64,000 nucleotides of DNA, from contig NC_133617.1 of NCBI RefSeq assembly GCF_048593235.1, positions 476,202,958-476,266,957 of the forward strand. The letters run 5' to 3'. Within the stretch, counting starts at the first letter, position 1. Each line of letters begins with the position of its first letter. The DNA is from Sminthopsis crassicaudata. Its lineage: Eukaryota. A program made the position numbers and the translations under genes. Positions 52,031-64,000 of the stretch are shown here, one piece after another. Under the pieces are notes generated by a model. That model saw only the letters and a list, made by a program, of their open reading frames with translations. It was not told where the DNA came from and searched no databases.

Positions 52031-52226
52031 CTGGTGATTTTTTATCAAGAGTTTAAACTTTAGCTTTGACCACAGAAGCAGAAATGGCCAAAAAACTTTC
52101 TGGAGTTCTAAATAGATTCATACACAAGATTATATCCTCTCCATATCTCTGAGGTAGATGCAATATATGTTTTCTGTACAAAATTCTATAGATTTTCATT
52201 GATCTTGATTTTAAAATCAATTTATA

Positions 52227-52560
52227 ACAAGTGCCAGCTAGGCGGTGCTGTGGATAGAACACAAGGCATGGAATCAGGATAGATCTGAGTTCAAATGCAG
52301 TTTCAGAAACTTACTAGCTGTGTGACTAAGCCTTCTAAGCGATCTAAGCAATAGGAATGGTGTCATGAAACAGGAGAGCCTCATTGGAGCACAAGTTCTT
52401 TTCATCTGGAAGATGGGCAAGTCACTTGCCTAAATTTCCTCAGCTATCAAATGAGCTAGAGAAGGAAATGGAAACCTAGTATCTTTGCCGAAAAAACCAC
52501 AAGTGTAGTCATGAAATTGAACACAAGTGAATGACAACAATGAAGTGAGGAGGATGCTAC
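52227..52560 (+). mobile_element. MAR1-type SINE interrupted by an ~87-bp insertion
   Basis: gctaggcggtgctgtggatag...ctagctgtgtgact | insert | gggcaagtcactt...gagctagagaaggaaatgg. Confidence 0.85.
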
Positions 52561-53597
52561 TAAGAAGTTAAATTGTGACACTGATGATGAAATATAAAAT
52601 ATTGGTTTGAGCCTATCGTATGTTGCCTTCCTTTGCTCTCTCTCTATGTCCTTCCTCCTAGATGATAATCTATCTTTCTTCTTCATATATTGGTATTGAT
52701 CAAACTCAGTGTCTGAAACTTAACACTCTCTTCACTTTTTTCTCTAAGAATCACTAGTTTCCTCCAAAGCTTAGCATAGATATTGCCTTCTGCATAGGAC
52801 CTTTGATGTTTGTTCCTCAATATTATTATTTTGTATTTGTGGAAAATATTTATATGTAGTACATATTCTGAGTTAACTCTCTGATGTCCATTAATATTTA
52901 CAAAATATGACATGTCTACCATAATCCCTTGGAATACCTTTCTAATATCCTACATAATTAGGATCCATATAAGTGTGCTTTTCACCATTATTATCAAATT
53001 GTATCACTTTGTCAACCAGACTTAATTAACTTTTAGAAAGGGATATTGACTAAGGTGGTATAGTTGGAACAAACATCCCTATGCTTCCTCCTCCCTTGAA
53101 ATATCTAAGATTAGCTCTAAGGAATTAGTTAACCAGACTTAATTAACTTTTAGAAAGGATATTGACTAAGGTGGTATAGTTGGAACAAACATCCCTATGT
53201 TTCCTCTTCCCTCAATCAACTCTCCTGCCAGAGTAGCCAAAGTTCAGGGCAAAGTGGGCTCAAGCTTGAAGATTTAAATGACACAAAGTTGCAAAAAGGT
53301 ATCCCTTTTCTGGAGTTATTAAAAGCCAGTGGAAGGACAAAAGTTATGATTAACAATAAGTGGAAAATCTTCACATCTTAGGTTCTAAACGAGTTCTCTG
53401 TTTTTATGTGAGCCCTACAGATTTCAACCAAGTTTACTCAATAATAGAAACACTCTTCCTGTGTGAGATTCAATTGATCAAGGATTTTTTGCATTTAGTC
53501 TAAGTTGAGGGTGGATTGATTCACTTAGACGTGTACTCACCTGGTGCCAGTCATGAGGATGCAGCATTTTATCACTTATTTTAAGTGGGGCAGGGTG

Positions 53598-53838
53598 NNN
53601 NNNNNNNNNNNNNNNNNNNNNNNNNNNNNNNNNNNNNNNNNNNNNNNNNNNNNNNNNNNNNNNNNNNNNNNNNNNNNNNNNNNNNNNNNNNNNNNNNNNN
53701 NNNNNNNNNNNNNNNNNNNNNNNNNNNNNNNNNNNNNNNNNNNNNNNNNNNNNNNNNNNNNNNNNNNNNNNNNNNNNNNNNNNNNNNNNNNNNNNNNNNN
53801 NNNNNNNNNNNNNNNNNNNNNNNNNNNNNNNNNNNNNN
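53598..53838. other. Assembly gap (241 N)
   Basis: Run of N. Confidence 1.
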
Positions 53839-54129
53839 TGAAGTTTCTTGAGGAAAGGAAATATTTTGTTTTTTTACCAAAATGATCAACAATCCTTAAT
53901 CCTGCTTAATTTCTCTAGGACACCTCTAAGCAGCTCAGCAGGCAGTCAGAGGCCACAGCTGCTTGAAGGTAGAAAACCGTGTCCCCAAGTGCCAAGGATC
54001 ATAGAAGGAAAGTATTCCAGATGGCATGGATCTGCCTTCCTTCTTCAGAGTTAGGAATCAACAAAAAGTATTCAACATAAACAAGGACTAGATGAACCCC
54101 TTGTCAGAGATGTAGAGATCTGTGACTCA

Positions 54130-54500
54130 AGCAGCATTTGTATAGCATATTAAGCTTTGCAAATTACTTTACACAAATTATTTCATTTGATCCTCGCAAC
54201 AATCCTGTAGCTGCTATTTGTTATTGTTCAGTTATGTCTGATTCTTTGTGAGCCCAGTTGGGGTTTTCTTGGCAAAGATACTAGAGTTGTTTGCCATTTC
54301 CTTCTCCAGCTCATTTCAGAGATATGGAAACTGAGGCAAACAGTGTCAGTGACTTGTACAAGGTCACACAGTTAGTATCTAAAGCCATATTTGAACACAG
54401 GTCTTTCAGACTTCAAGCCCAACACTCTAGCTACTACTGAGCCACCTAGTATAGCTGCTATTATTATCCCCATTTTGCAGAAGAAAAAAATGAGGCAGAT
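54130..54500 (-). mobile_element. MIR with a nested MAR1 (54220-54451)
   Basis: TSD TAGCTGCTATT on both sides of the nested MAR1 (from 54209 and from 54452). Confidence 0.75.
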
Positions 54501-56366
54501 AATACCTGAGTGAAAATCTGTACTATAGACTCCTTGATGTCTCCACCATGCCACTTAGTTACTGAGAGGGTATTTTCCCAACCTGAGATTCTTGGATCCT
54601 TTTTAACTAATGCCTTAAGAGCAGGAGAAATCCAATTAATCAGGATTCAGAGACAAAGCTAACAAAAATAAAAACTGAGTTAAATAAGATATACATAGGT
54701 GCCACTTTCTTTAAAAATTAATATAAGATAAAAAAGTTTTTTAATATTTATTCTCCATATCTAAGACTTGCTATTAAACTTATGTTCAGCTTTCTTCTAG
54801 CACTCTTTTCATCTATATCATTATATTCATAAGCAGCAAGGTAGTACAGTGGACAAAGAGTTGGGCCTGGAATCAAGAAGACCTGAGTAAGAAGACTTAC
54901 TAACTTTGTGACCCTGTGACCCTCTCTAATTTCCTCATTTATAAAATGAGAATAATAATAGCACCTCCCAACATTATTGTGAAGTTCAAAAAAGAGATTT
55001 GTAAAGTCCTTTGCAAACCTCAATGTGCTAAATAATTGCTATCCATGATTATTATACTTATTATTCTAGTCCTGCATGTTTCACTGAATCAATTTATGAA
55101 TTTTGTCAGGTTTTTCTCAATTATTATTCATCTTTTCTCATATTGCATTATTTTCAGACAGTACAATGTGTTCAATCATTCCCTAATCTCTGAGCAGCCA
55201 CCTTTGCTTCCAGTTTTTTTGCTGCCCCAGAAAGTTCTTCTATGCATATTTTGGTATATCTAGGCCTTTATGTACCAAATGTCCTCTGTAGCATCAACCC
55301 CCTGGGCCATTCACTAAGCCATTAGCCAGCCTGTATACTCCCACGGAACATTTCTTCCCATTTAGGAAGTAAAATTGTGAATGGGCCTATGGACTTATGT
55401 GAAATGGTATCATTACTGAGAAGGTACAGCATTCCATTCAAGAAGAAAGAAGCAAGAGGGTAAAAAGGCTTTTAAATTGTACTGTTTTCTAATTTAAAGA
55501 GCATTTTGACCTAGAAACGTAGGTGAATCTTTTATGGAATAGTACACTGAATTCTCAAGATATATGATTACACTGGCAGGTCACTGTGTCCTCCTGGGGC
55601 ATTTTCTAACCTCTTCTGCCTATGGTAAAAATGTGGTTGGAAAAAGTTATTATCCACATATCTTTAATCTAAATAAATAGTCACTCTATCTTCTCTCCTC
55701 TCCCAGGACCATCCTTAGGTACTGACATTTTTAAGGCTATAGGATCATAGATTCAAAGTTGGAAGGTCAAAGATTATCTATTCTAACCCCTTTGTTTTAT
55801 ATGAGGAAGAAATATAAAGTCACAGACATCAGCTCTCAGAATCAATTTTTTTGATTACAAATCCAGTCCCTTTTTCCTACAACATGATGCTTTCTCAATC
55901 ATCCCCTTTCCCAGCCTGTGCACAAACAGAAAAAATGATTCCCCAATCAGGTGTAACACCATCTCAAATTCCACTATTAGGGTGATATCTCCATGTTGCT
56001 TTAACTAATTTATCAAGGAAGAAAGCATATGTTTAATTCTTTAAAAGTCTGGATTGAATAAGTTTGAATTATATTTCCACAGGTTATTTGTATTTTGTTT
56101 CCCTCCGGATAAAGCATAGTTTTCTCCTTGTATATTTTTTTTTATAAAACTTATAAATCTACCGAATCATAGATTTAGGATTAGAATCTTATTAATCAAC
56201 TTCTTCCCTCCCACTTTATAGATAAGAAAACTAAAAGCCTCTCTTCTTAAAAATGGGGGTTGAATCATAAATCCATTGCAGAATCATAGATTTAGAGTTA
56301 AAAAGGACAAGCCTTAGAAATCATCAAATATTTCATTTTATAGAAAAAGAAAATGAGACTCAATTT

Positions 56367-56514
56367 ATTATTTTTCTTTTTCTGAAGCAATTGGGATTAA
56401 GTGACTTGACCAGGGTCACACAATTAGGAAGTGTTAAGTATCTGAGATCAGATTTGAACTCAGATCCTCCAGAATTCAGGGTTGGTACTTTATCCACTAT
56501 GCCGTCTAGCTGCC
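56367..56514 (-). mobile_element. WSINE1
   Basis: Reverse WSINE1; perfect TSD TGAGACTCAATTT (56354-56366; 56515-56527). Confidence 0.9.
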
Positions 56515-56743
56515 TGAGACTCAATTTTTAAGATATTTGCTCAGAGTCACATGTAATGGGGAACCAATGGACAGAGTTACTCCCTTGCTTGTAGACCCTG
56601 GCATTGAATTGCAAAGAACAACCTATCACTCAGCTGTGCTGGTAGACTATGCTCAATTGGTCACAAACTCCACTATATAGAGTCTGACTCCCAGATCTCT
56701 GGTATCCCATCATTCCAAACTTTCAAAATTCACAAAGTTAATC

Positions 56744-56746
<3 letters not shown>

Positions 56747-56784
<38 letters not shown>

Positions 56785-56792
56785 GTATATAT
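56747..56792. repeat. (CA)n(TA)n microsatellite
   Basis: Seen directly in the sequence. Confidence 0.9.
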
Positions 56793-56954
56793 CCCTAATA
56801 CTCCATTACTTAAAAGCAGGACAGAGAATAAAAACAATATCATCATCATTGGCTCTTTAGGCCACATGGCTCTGATCCCACAAGAGAGATAAAGGCCTAA
56901 GGTCTCATCCCCACCTGGGGCTAGCTAAACTTTTTACCTCCAAGATTTCAGAGA

Positions 56955-57470
56955 GGTCTGGAGAGACTTACATGAACTGATGCTAAGTGAAATTATCAGA
57001 ACCAGGAGATCATTGTACATGGCAACATCAATATTATATGATGATTACTGCTGATGGACGTAGGTCTCTCCAACAGTGAGGTAATGTAGACCATTTCCTA
57101 TAATTTTGTGATTAAGAGAGCCATCTACACCTGTAGAGAGGACTATGGGAACCAAGTGTGGATCACAACATAGCATTCTCTCTCTTTTTGTTGTTATTCA
57201 TTTGCATTTTGTTTTCTTACTCATTTACTTTCTTTTTTTGGTCTGATTTTTTTTTTTTTTTGCACAGTAAGAGAATTGTATTAATATGTTTCTACATATT
57301 GGATTTAACATATATTTTTATATGTTTAACATATATTGAATTGCTTGCCATTTAGGGGAGGGGTGGGGGGAAGGAGGAGAAAATCTGAAACACAAGGGTC
57401 AATGTTGTCAAATTATCCATGCATATGTTTGGAAATAAAAAGCTTTATAAAACAACAAATAAATAAATAA
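56955..57470 (+). mobile_element. L1 3' end
   Basis: ctggagagacttacatgaactgatgctaagtgaa through a G-rich tract, AATAAA and A-rich tail; homologous to 23460-23976. Confidence 0.88.
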
Positions 57471-57559
57471 ACTCCCTACCTCCTTACTCCAGTACAGCTG
57501 AGCAGGAAAGTGAAAAGAAGAGTCCTATTGTTGTGGTTGGTTAGTGCCTTTGGATTCAT

Positions 57560-58050
57560 GCCCATTTCTAGTTAAGTTTCAATCCAATGTCTATCTCAAA
57601 CACTTGATTAATGAACTTGAACCAATATCTGTATATTCTTCAAGGACCATGAGAAGATGGTTTTGAGAGTAACTGATAGACTTTGAACCAATGGATAAGG
57701 TAGGGGTCTGTCTATCTCAAGCATGAGAAGGTTTCTCAAACCAAATAGCTGATTGACAACATTTTGTTCCAAGGCTTATGAAAACGAGTGAAGCAGGCAC
57801 TGTGGAGTGCTTAGAGCTTGGTCATTCCTGGAAGACTCCAACGTCATTCACTGTATCTCAGACCAACATCAGCCATCTTGACTTTTTTTCTAGCCACTGG
57901 ACTTTAATGACTCTGGAAAAGAGAATGAGGCTGATGACTTTATGCAACTCTGCCTCAGTTAAATCCAATTTGCACACTAATCAAGATATCACCTATGATA
58001 TCACTGGTCCCCTTTGAAAATGAAAGATGAGCAACAATAATAGCAACAAC
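57560..58050 (+). mobile_element. RTE-derived SINE (WALLSI4-like)
   Basis: gaagcaggcactgtggagtgcttagagcttggtca...gaggctgatgacttt...ctctgcctcagttaaatccaatt...(CAA)n tail. Confidence 0.75.
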
Positions 58051-59047
58051 AGCATTGTTTATGATCCTAAGGACTGACTTTATTAGCCATGGTTAGTGTC
58101 GGAGGCACCTGATTAATATCTGAGGCACTATTTACACTCGGGTCTTCCTGACTCCAAGGCTAGGACTTGCTCCCCCCTACTCCTTCCTTCCCCCACTCCT
58201 GTTCCAGATCTATTGTCCTATGACCCCATAACTTGTACAGAAGGGTTAACAATGCTTGATGAGAAGGGGAAAAAAGACACAAACTCTTGGGCAAAATAAT
58301 AAGAATTCATACTGAGGTGCTTAATTCAATGCATATATTGCCTCTGTGATCCTGGGTGATTTACTTAACCTCTAAATTTCTAAACAACTTTTCCAGACTG
58401 CAGAGAAAATATTGACATATCAGTAGAGAGAAATTCCCCATCTGCAAGTTCCTATACCAATAAAATCACAGATCTAGTCTCTATCTCTAATAATAGCATA
58501 TATGTGTAGTGTTTTAAGGTTTGCAAAGCAGAGGACAGAAATGAGAAAAGAATGTATTCTTCACATGGAAGACGGACTATATGTAAATAAAGGGGGGAAA
58601 GAGGGCAGCAATACAAAACTGGGAAAGTACAGGTCGGCTAATTTAACTGTAACATAAGTGAATGGAATGGAGCAATTAGGTTGGATACAGATTGTGAGTG
58701 TTATTAAATATCAGCTAAAGAATTTGCATTTTATACTATAGGTCAGCAAGAGCCAGTATGAAATCATAGTCTTCTAAGTCTCATTACCAAGGAACATAGC
58801 CTTGGGCTGAAGCCAGTTTCCCAGGAGGGATGCACAAAAAGTGGCTTAAGGGATATCGTACAAAATGCACAATCAGGAAAATGAAATGGGCCAGTTATGT
58901 AGGAGACAGGGATATATACATAGAGACAGTCTGATTGCTGGCCTGGTATAAACAAAGAAAAGAGTTTCTAGCAGAAAGTCTTTACTAACCCAATTAGATT
59001 TTCCTTGGAAGTTCTATGGAAAAACAAGGTTTAGAATACTTCAAAGT

Positions 59048-59435
59048 CATGGCTCTCTTCAACAATGAGATGACTGATGCCAGTTCCAATGGTCTTGTGA
59101 TGACGAGAGCCATCTACACTCAGAGAGAGGACTGTAGGAACTGAGTGTGTATCTCAACATGTCATTCTCACTCTTTTTGTTGTTCTTTGTTTGCATTTTA
59201 TTTTCTTTCTCATTTTCCCCCTTTTTGATCTGATTTTTCTTGTATATAATGATATTTGTGGAAATATATATATAGAAGAATTGCACATGTTTAACACATA
59301 TTGGATTACTTGCTGTCTAGGGGACAGGGTGGAAGATAGGGAGGGAAAAATTTAAAACAAAAGATTTTGTAAGGGTGAATGTTGAAAATTATATATATAC
59401 TTTGAAAATTAAAAAAGATTTAATTAAAAAAAAAA
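59048..59435 (+). mobile_element. 5'-truncated L1 3' end
   Basis: L1 3' UTR with A tail; TSD AGAATACTTCAAAGT (59033-59047)/AGAATAGTTCTAAGT (59436-59450). Confidence 0.88.
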
Positions 59436-59529
59436 AGAATAGTTCTAAGTGAGAAAGTGTGGATGGATTGTGATCTCCATGAATAGAAACTATGTCCTTA
59501 GGAATGAGATCACAAACTTCAAGAAAGAT

Positions 59530-60140
59530 ATTGTACTTCTCTGGACCTCAAAATTCACCTAATCCAATTGGGTTTTTTTGTTTTTTTTTGTTTTGTTTTG
59601 TTTTGTTTTTAGCTTCAGAACCCTTTATGCTTTTAAAAATTATTGAACCTTTGTTTATGTGCATTATATCTATTGATACAAACTGCATTAGAAATTAAAA
59701 TTAATATATTTTTAATTGTTTAATATAAAATGTTTACAAGTGTTTATTCATTTCGAATTATAAATTTTAATGTGATTCATAAAATAATCATAAGTTTTTA
59801 ATATCAAACTTAATAACATCTTTTATGAAAATAACTTTCTCAAAACAAAAAATAATGAGATTAGCATTGTTTTACATATTTTTTTTGCAAGTTTGATGTC
59901 TGGCTTAATAGAAAATAATTGGATTCTTATATCTGCTTCTACCTTCAACCTGTTCTGATATGTTATTTTGGGTGAAGTAAAGGAAGAAAATTAATCTTAC
60001 ATAGATATGTAGCTTTTAAAAAAAGAGCATCTTAATAGACAAATAACATCCTAGTAGTATTAAAAAATATTTTTGACTCCAAAAACACTTTAAAAGAATC
60101 TTAGAGAAAAGAATCTGCGAGCCATACTTTAAAAACTGCT
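59530..60140. mobile_element. Charlie1-like hAT transposon remnant
   Basis: gcattgttttacat...tgatgtctggcttaatagaaaataattggattcttatatctgcttc...gaagaaaatt, typical of the Charlie1 subterminal region. Confidence 0.7.
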
Positions 60141-61538
60141 GATTCTAGTTTAATCCCTTCCCTGTATAGCTGACAAATTGAAGGATACCTAGAAATGTAC
60201 AATCCTTGAGATTGTAAAAGGAGGTTGGAGTCAACAAGTCTTCATTGAGTACTTTCAGTGTTCCAACTACTGGAGATTAAAAAAAAAAAAAAAAAAAAAA
60301 GGCAAAAACATGGCTCCTGACCTCAAGGAGTTAATACTTTAATGGGAAAAACAACACATGAATAATTATATATATACAAGCCAAAGACAGTGTAGATAGA
60401 AGTCTTAGATGGAAAACGCTAGCCATTGGGGAGCCAAGATCATCCCAAATCTAGACTCTGGTTTTCCAAAACATTTCTACCTATTTAATGGCCAACCAAC
60501 CAACCTGGACAAGAGAGACCCTCTTCCCAAGTCATGATGACCCCCTCAGATGGTCAGTCCAGGAAGTGTATAAATGTGATACCTGGAATTAGACTTGGAG
60601 AATTATTGGAAGTTTAAAGCTCCTATAAGAATTTGAAAGGTTGCCATAGTCTTTATAGGGACTATTTGGAAATTTTGAAGAAGGCACCATTTTGACTTTC
60701 TACATTAAAGACATACTGACTGTGTGATCCTGAGCAGTTCACTAAATCTTTTTATGCCCCAGGAAATTCTTTAAATACTATAAATTGCAGAGAAAGAAAT
60801 AAAATCACAGTCTTAATCTAAAAGAAAAAAAAACACTAAAACAAAATCCAAATTTTTTAAAAGTTTTGAATTCTTTGAGAGCCAGATCAGCAAAAAAAAT
60901 CTCTCCTTTTTCTACAATATTCACCAAAGAAAATGCCCCACATCCTACAACAAGAGATGGTTCTGAGCCATGAGACAGCAGAGGAGTAGACTTATGGAAT
61001 GTGATCATCCTCCTTGTCTGGCTCTGAGAGGGTGAGAAATAGGGCTAATTGACTTGCTCAATCTCATGCTCTTTGTGCAAATAGCCATTTAATCTAAGTC
61101 TAGTCTCACAGATACAAACCTTGTCCACTCTGAAGTCATGATGAGTCATCCAGGGCTGGGATCAAGGTTACCTTTTCATTATTAATTTGCTTCTCTAGCT
61201 TGTTCCCTAACTCCCACCCTAGAGAATATTCATGAGATCATAGAGGGGTAGATTTAGCCTATCTGAACCATTTAATAAATGTACTGTGATAAGTATGTGC
61301 AGGGTATTTCAAGACTTCAAAAAGCTGTGATTTCCTCAGTATCAAAGGGAGCTTCCTCTTCCAGTGAAGCTCCTCTATAAATTAATATCATAGCATCCAC
61401 TACTTGTATGAGTCTGGACAAATCACCTGACCTCTTGCTGCCTTTACTCATTGCAAAAATAAGGATAATAATAACACTCACTTCACAGGGTTATGGTGAG
61501 AATTAAATGAGATAATATGAGTAACATATTAAATGAGA

Positions 61539-61573
<35 letters not shown>

Positions 61574-62039
61574 GTGAGGGTTAAATGAAATAATATATGT
61601 AATATGTAAGGATAAATGAGATAATATATGTAATATATAAAAGAGATAAATATATATAATACATCTTAAAGGCTGTCTCTATTAATTATATTATAATGTA
61701 TATTAAGCTATACATCTTAAATGCTAGCTGTCCCTATTATTATCATAGATTTAAAGCTAAAGAGAATGGGGGAAATAAATGAGAACTCCCTAATTTGGTA
61801 GATGAAGAAATGGAGCCCCCAAAGCACCAAAAAGCCCCTAGGGGCTTTGCCAAAGGTCATTACAATTGGTCAGTATCTGAAATAGGATTCAAACACAGAT
61901 GTTCCTCACCCCAGGTCTTATAACTTACACAATTAAACTACTGCCTTTCAGTTGATGATTTCTGAGAGTTATACCTGGAAGACCCATCAAACAAGTCAGT
62001 GATTAGACATCAACAATATGCTGTGGGTGACAATCACAA

Positions 62040-62240
62040 TACTGAGATTAAGAGTCATGCTATGATAAATGTGGAAATATGTATAGAAAAATTGCACATG
62101 TTTAACATATATTTAATTACTTGCTTCTGGGGGAGGAGCGGGGAGAAGGAAGGGAGAAAAATTTGGAACCCAAGATTTTGCAATGGTGAATATTGAAAAC
62201 TATCTTTGCATGTATTTTGAAAATAAAAGACTTATTTTTT
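62040..62240 (+). mobile_element. Short L1 3' end
   Basis: gaaaaattgcacatgtttaacatat...gaaaactatctttgcatgtattttgaaaataaaa. Confidence 0.75.
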
Positions 62241-63259
62241 TAAAGTCTCATGCTAGCCAGCAACTCTTAAATATGTCTTAGTTATTTTTGCTCCCATTAG
62301 TTCACTCATCATTCCCCTTACCTAGAATAGTAATTCCTTTCTCCCTATATTGATATTCAACTATTCTTAAGGTGCTACTGAAATGCCATCTTTTCATGAA
62401 GCTCTCCATGATTTCTTACCATCACTCAGAGAGCTTGCCCTCCTCTGAATTTTCAAAGCACTTTGTTCACATTCCAACTCATCCTAGTTATTTGTCTGCA
62501 TGTTTGTTCTTTCCTGTTAGATGGTAAACTCCTTAATGGCAGGGACTAGATTTTATCCATCTCAACATTGCCCTTATTCCACCCCTAAATCTGAGCACAA
62601 TGCCTTTCATTTGGCAGGTCCATATCATTATCTTTATATCTTTGGCCAGGGAAAATGATGCTTTTTTACCCAGTAGAGTTGGGGAATTTTGCTGATCAAA
62701 ACCATACTTTCTTCTCATGCCAAACCTGTGAGCTGTCATTAATGGAACCCATTTGCAAGGTAGCTGACCAGATTGGTGTGGTTCTGATCATGGAAAACAA
62801 ACAAACAGACAAAAGAGTAATGGAATCCATGGTCTCCTCATCTTACAAAGGACTCTCCTTAGCCTATTGTAGACTGTTTCATTTCGATAAAGATGGCATC
62901 ACTGGTATATCTATGTAGCACATACATTTTGAGTTATCTTCCAATGGGAAGGAGGTAATGGAGGGGGGGGTTGAACTATCTGCATTCCTAATTCATTTTC
63001 ATAAACACTGTTTTATTTTGATTGATGATATTGGGAGAATGAATATCAATTGCCAGATGCAAGTGTTAGGTCTGACAGCTTCAGTTACTCTTTTTAGTAG
63101 TAATAATAGTAGGTCTTCATCTCTACATGGAATTTTGTAGTTTACCAAACATTTTCATTTACCATTTTATTCTCACAATAATTCTCTGAGATAAAATTTT
63201 TAAAAATTGAACATATAAGAAAAACTGATTAATGAAAATCAAACCATTAAGAGCATATA

Positions 63260-63790
63260 GAGTGCAGGTTTTTAAAAAATATATATATTTACCTTCATTT
63301 CAAAATATATTTCTAACATATGCCCTTCCCAGTGAGCCATTCTTTATATCAAAACAAAACAAAACAAAACCTATAGGGGGAGGGTGGGTAGGAGGTAAGG
63401 AGGAAAAAAGTTCAATACAAACAATGAAGATGTCTAATATGTAACTGTGTATGTGATGTTCTTTACCCATTGAAAGGTTAACATTAGGATCAGAGAAGGG
63501 TACCACTTCCACTTCTATAAAGAAGGAATTGTGATAAAGTTTTTAATCTCTTTTTCAATGACAGGCTTGACTATGGTAATTACATAGAATTAAGTTTTAG
63601 GTTTGTTGTTTTTCCCATTCACATTGTTTTAGTCAGTATGTATAGTATTTTTTCCTAATTATTATATACATTGCCTCAGTTAGTTGAACTCTTTTCATGT
63701 TTCTTTGAATTCTTCACATTCATTGTTTCTTACAGTATAGTAATATTCAATTACATTTATATATGACAATTTTTTTTAGCTATTCTCTAG
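63260..63790 (-). mobile_element. Old L1 3' fragment
   Basis: Degenerate reverse L1 3' UTR (agtaatattcaattacatttatatatgacaattttttt agctattc). Confidence 0.55.
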
Positions 63791-64000
63791 TTCTTTGCTA
63801 ACAAATATGTGTCTTAAAGGTGTAATATCTTATAAGCTCCTTAAGGTCAGAGACTGGATACTTTTTTCTGCATACTGAAGCCTAATGCAGTGCCTTATTC
63901 TTAGGAGATACAATCAATGATCAATCGAATTAAACTAAACAGAAAAAAGTAATCAAATTAAAAGTGGTTTATTAGCTGGTATATTAGTGGAAGTTCAGAA

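Noticed and set aside
48908-53892. ORFs spanning N runs
   Set aside because: Their length comes from translating assembly gaps.
1-64000. CRISPR arrays, rRNA/tRNA genes, numts and non-retroviral EVEs
   Set aside because: No repeat-spacer arrays and no recognisable rRNA, mitochondrial or viral protein signatures; tRNA-like motifs are SINE heads.

Overview
AT-rich, CpG-depleted marsupial genomic DNA. The WSINE1/MAR1/MIR3 CORE-SINEs, RTE-derived SINEs and marsupial-type L1 3' ends point to an Australian marsupial, probably a dasyurid such as the Tasmanian devil (inference from the repeat set). The window has two scaffold gaps (48955-49194, 53598-53838) and reads as intronic or intergenic. It is dominated by L1, L2, L3/CR1 and RTE fossils, SINEs, hAT-Charlie remnants, two solo LTRs, a 7SL retrocopy and microsatellites. 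I recognise no host protein-coding gene: the ORF track is explained by repeats or chance, apart from an L1 ORF2 C-terminus and a CR1 RT fragment. The most notable structure is four near-identical 81-138 bp local duplications (one inverted, two dispersed direct, one spaced tandem) lying 0.03-3.7 kb from their partners. Three of the copies sit inside older repeats, which suggests recurrent locally templated insertion during DNA repair. Repeat names and boundaries come from remembered consensus sequences and are approximate unless TSDs are given.
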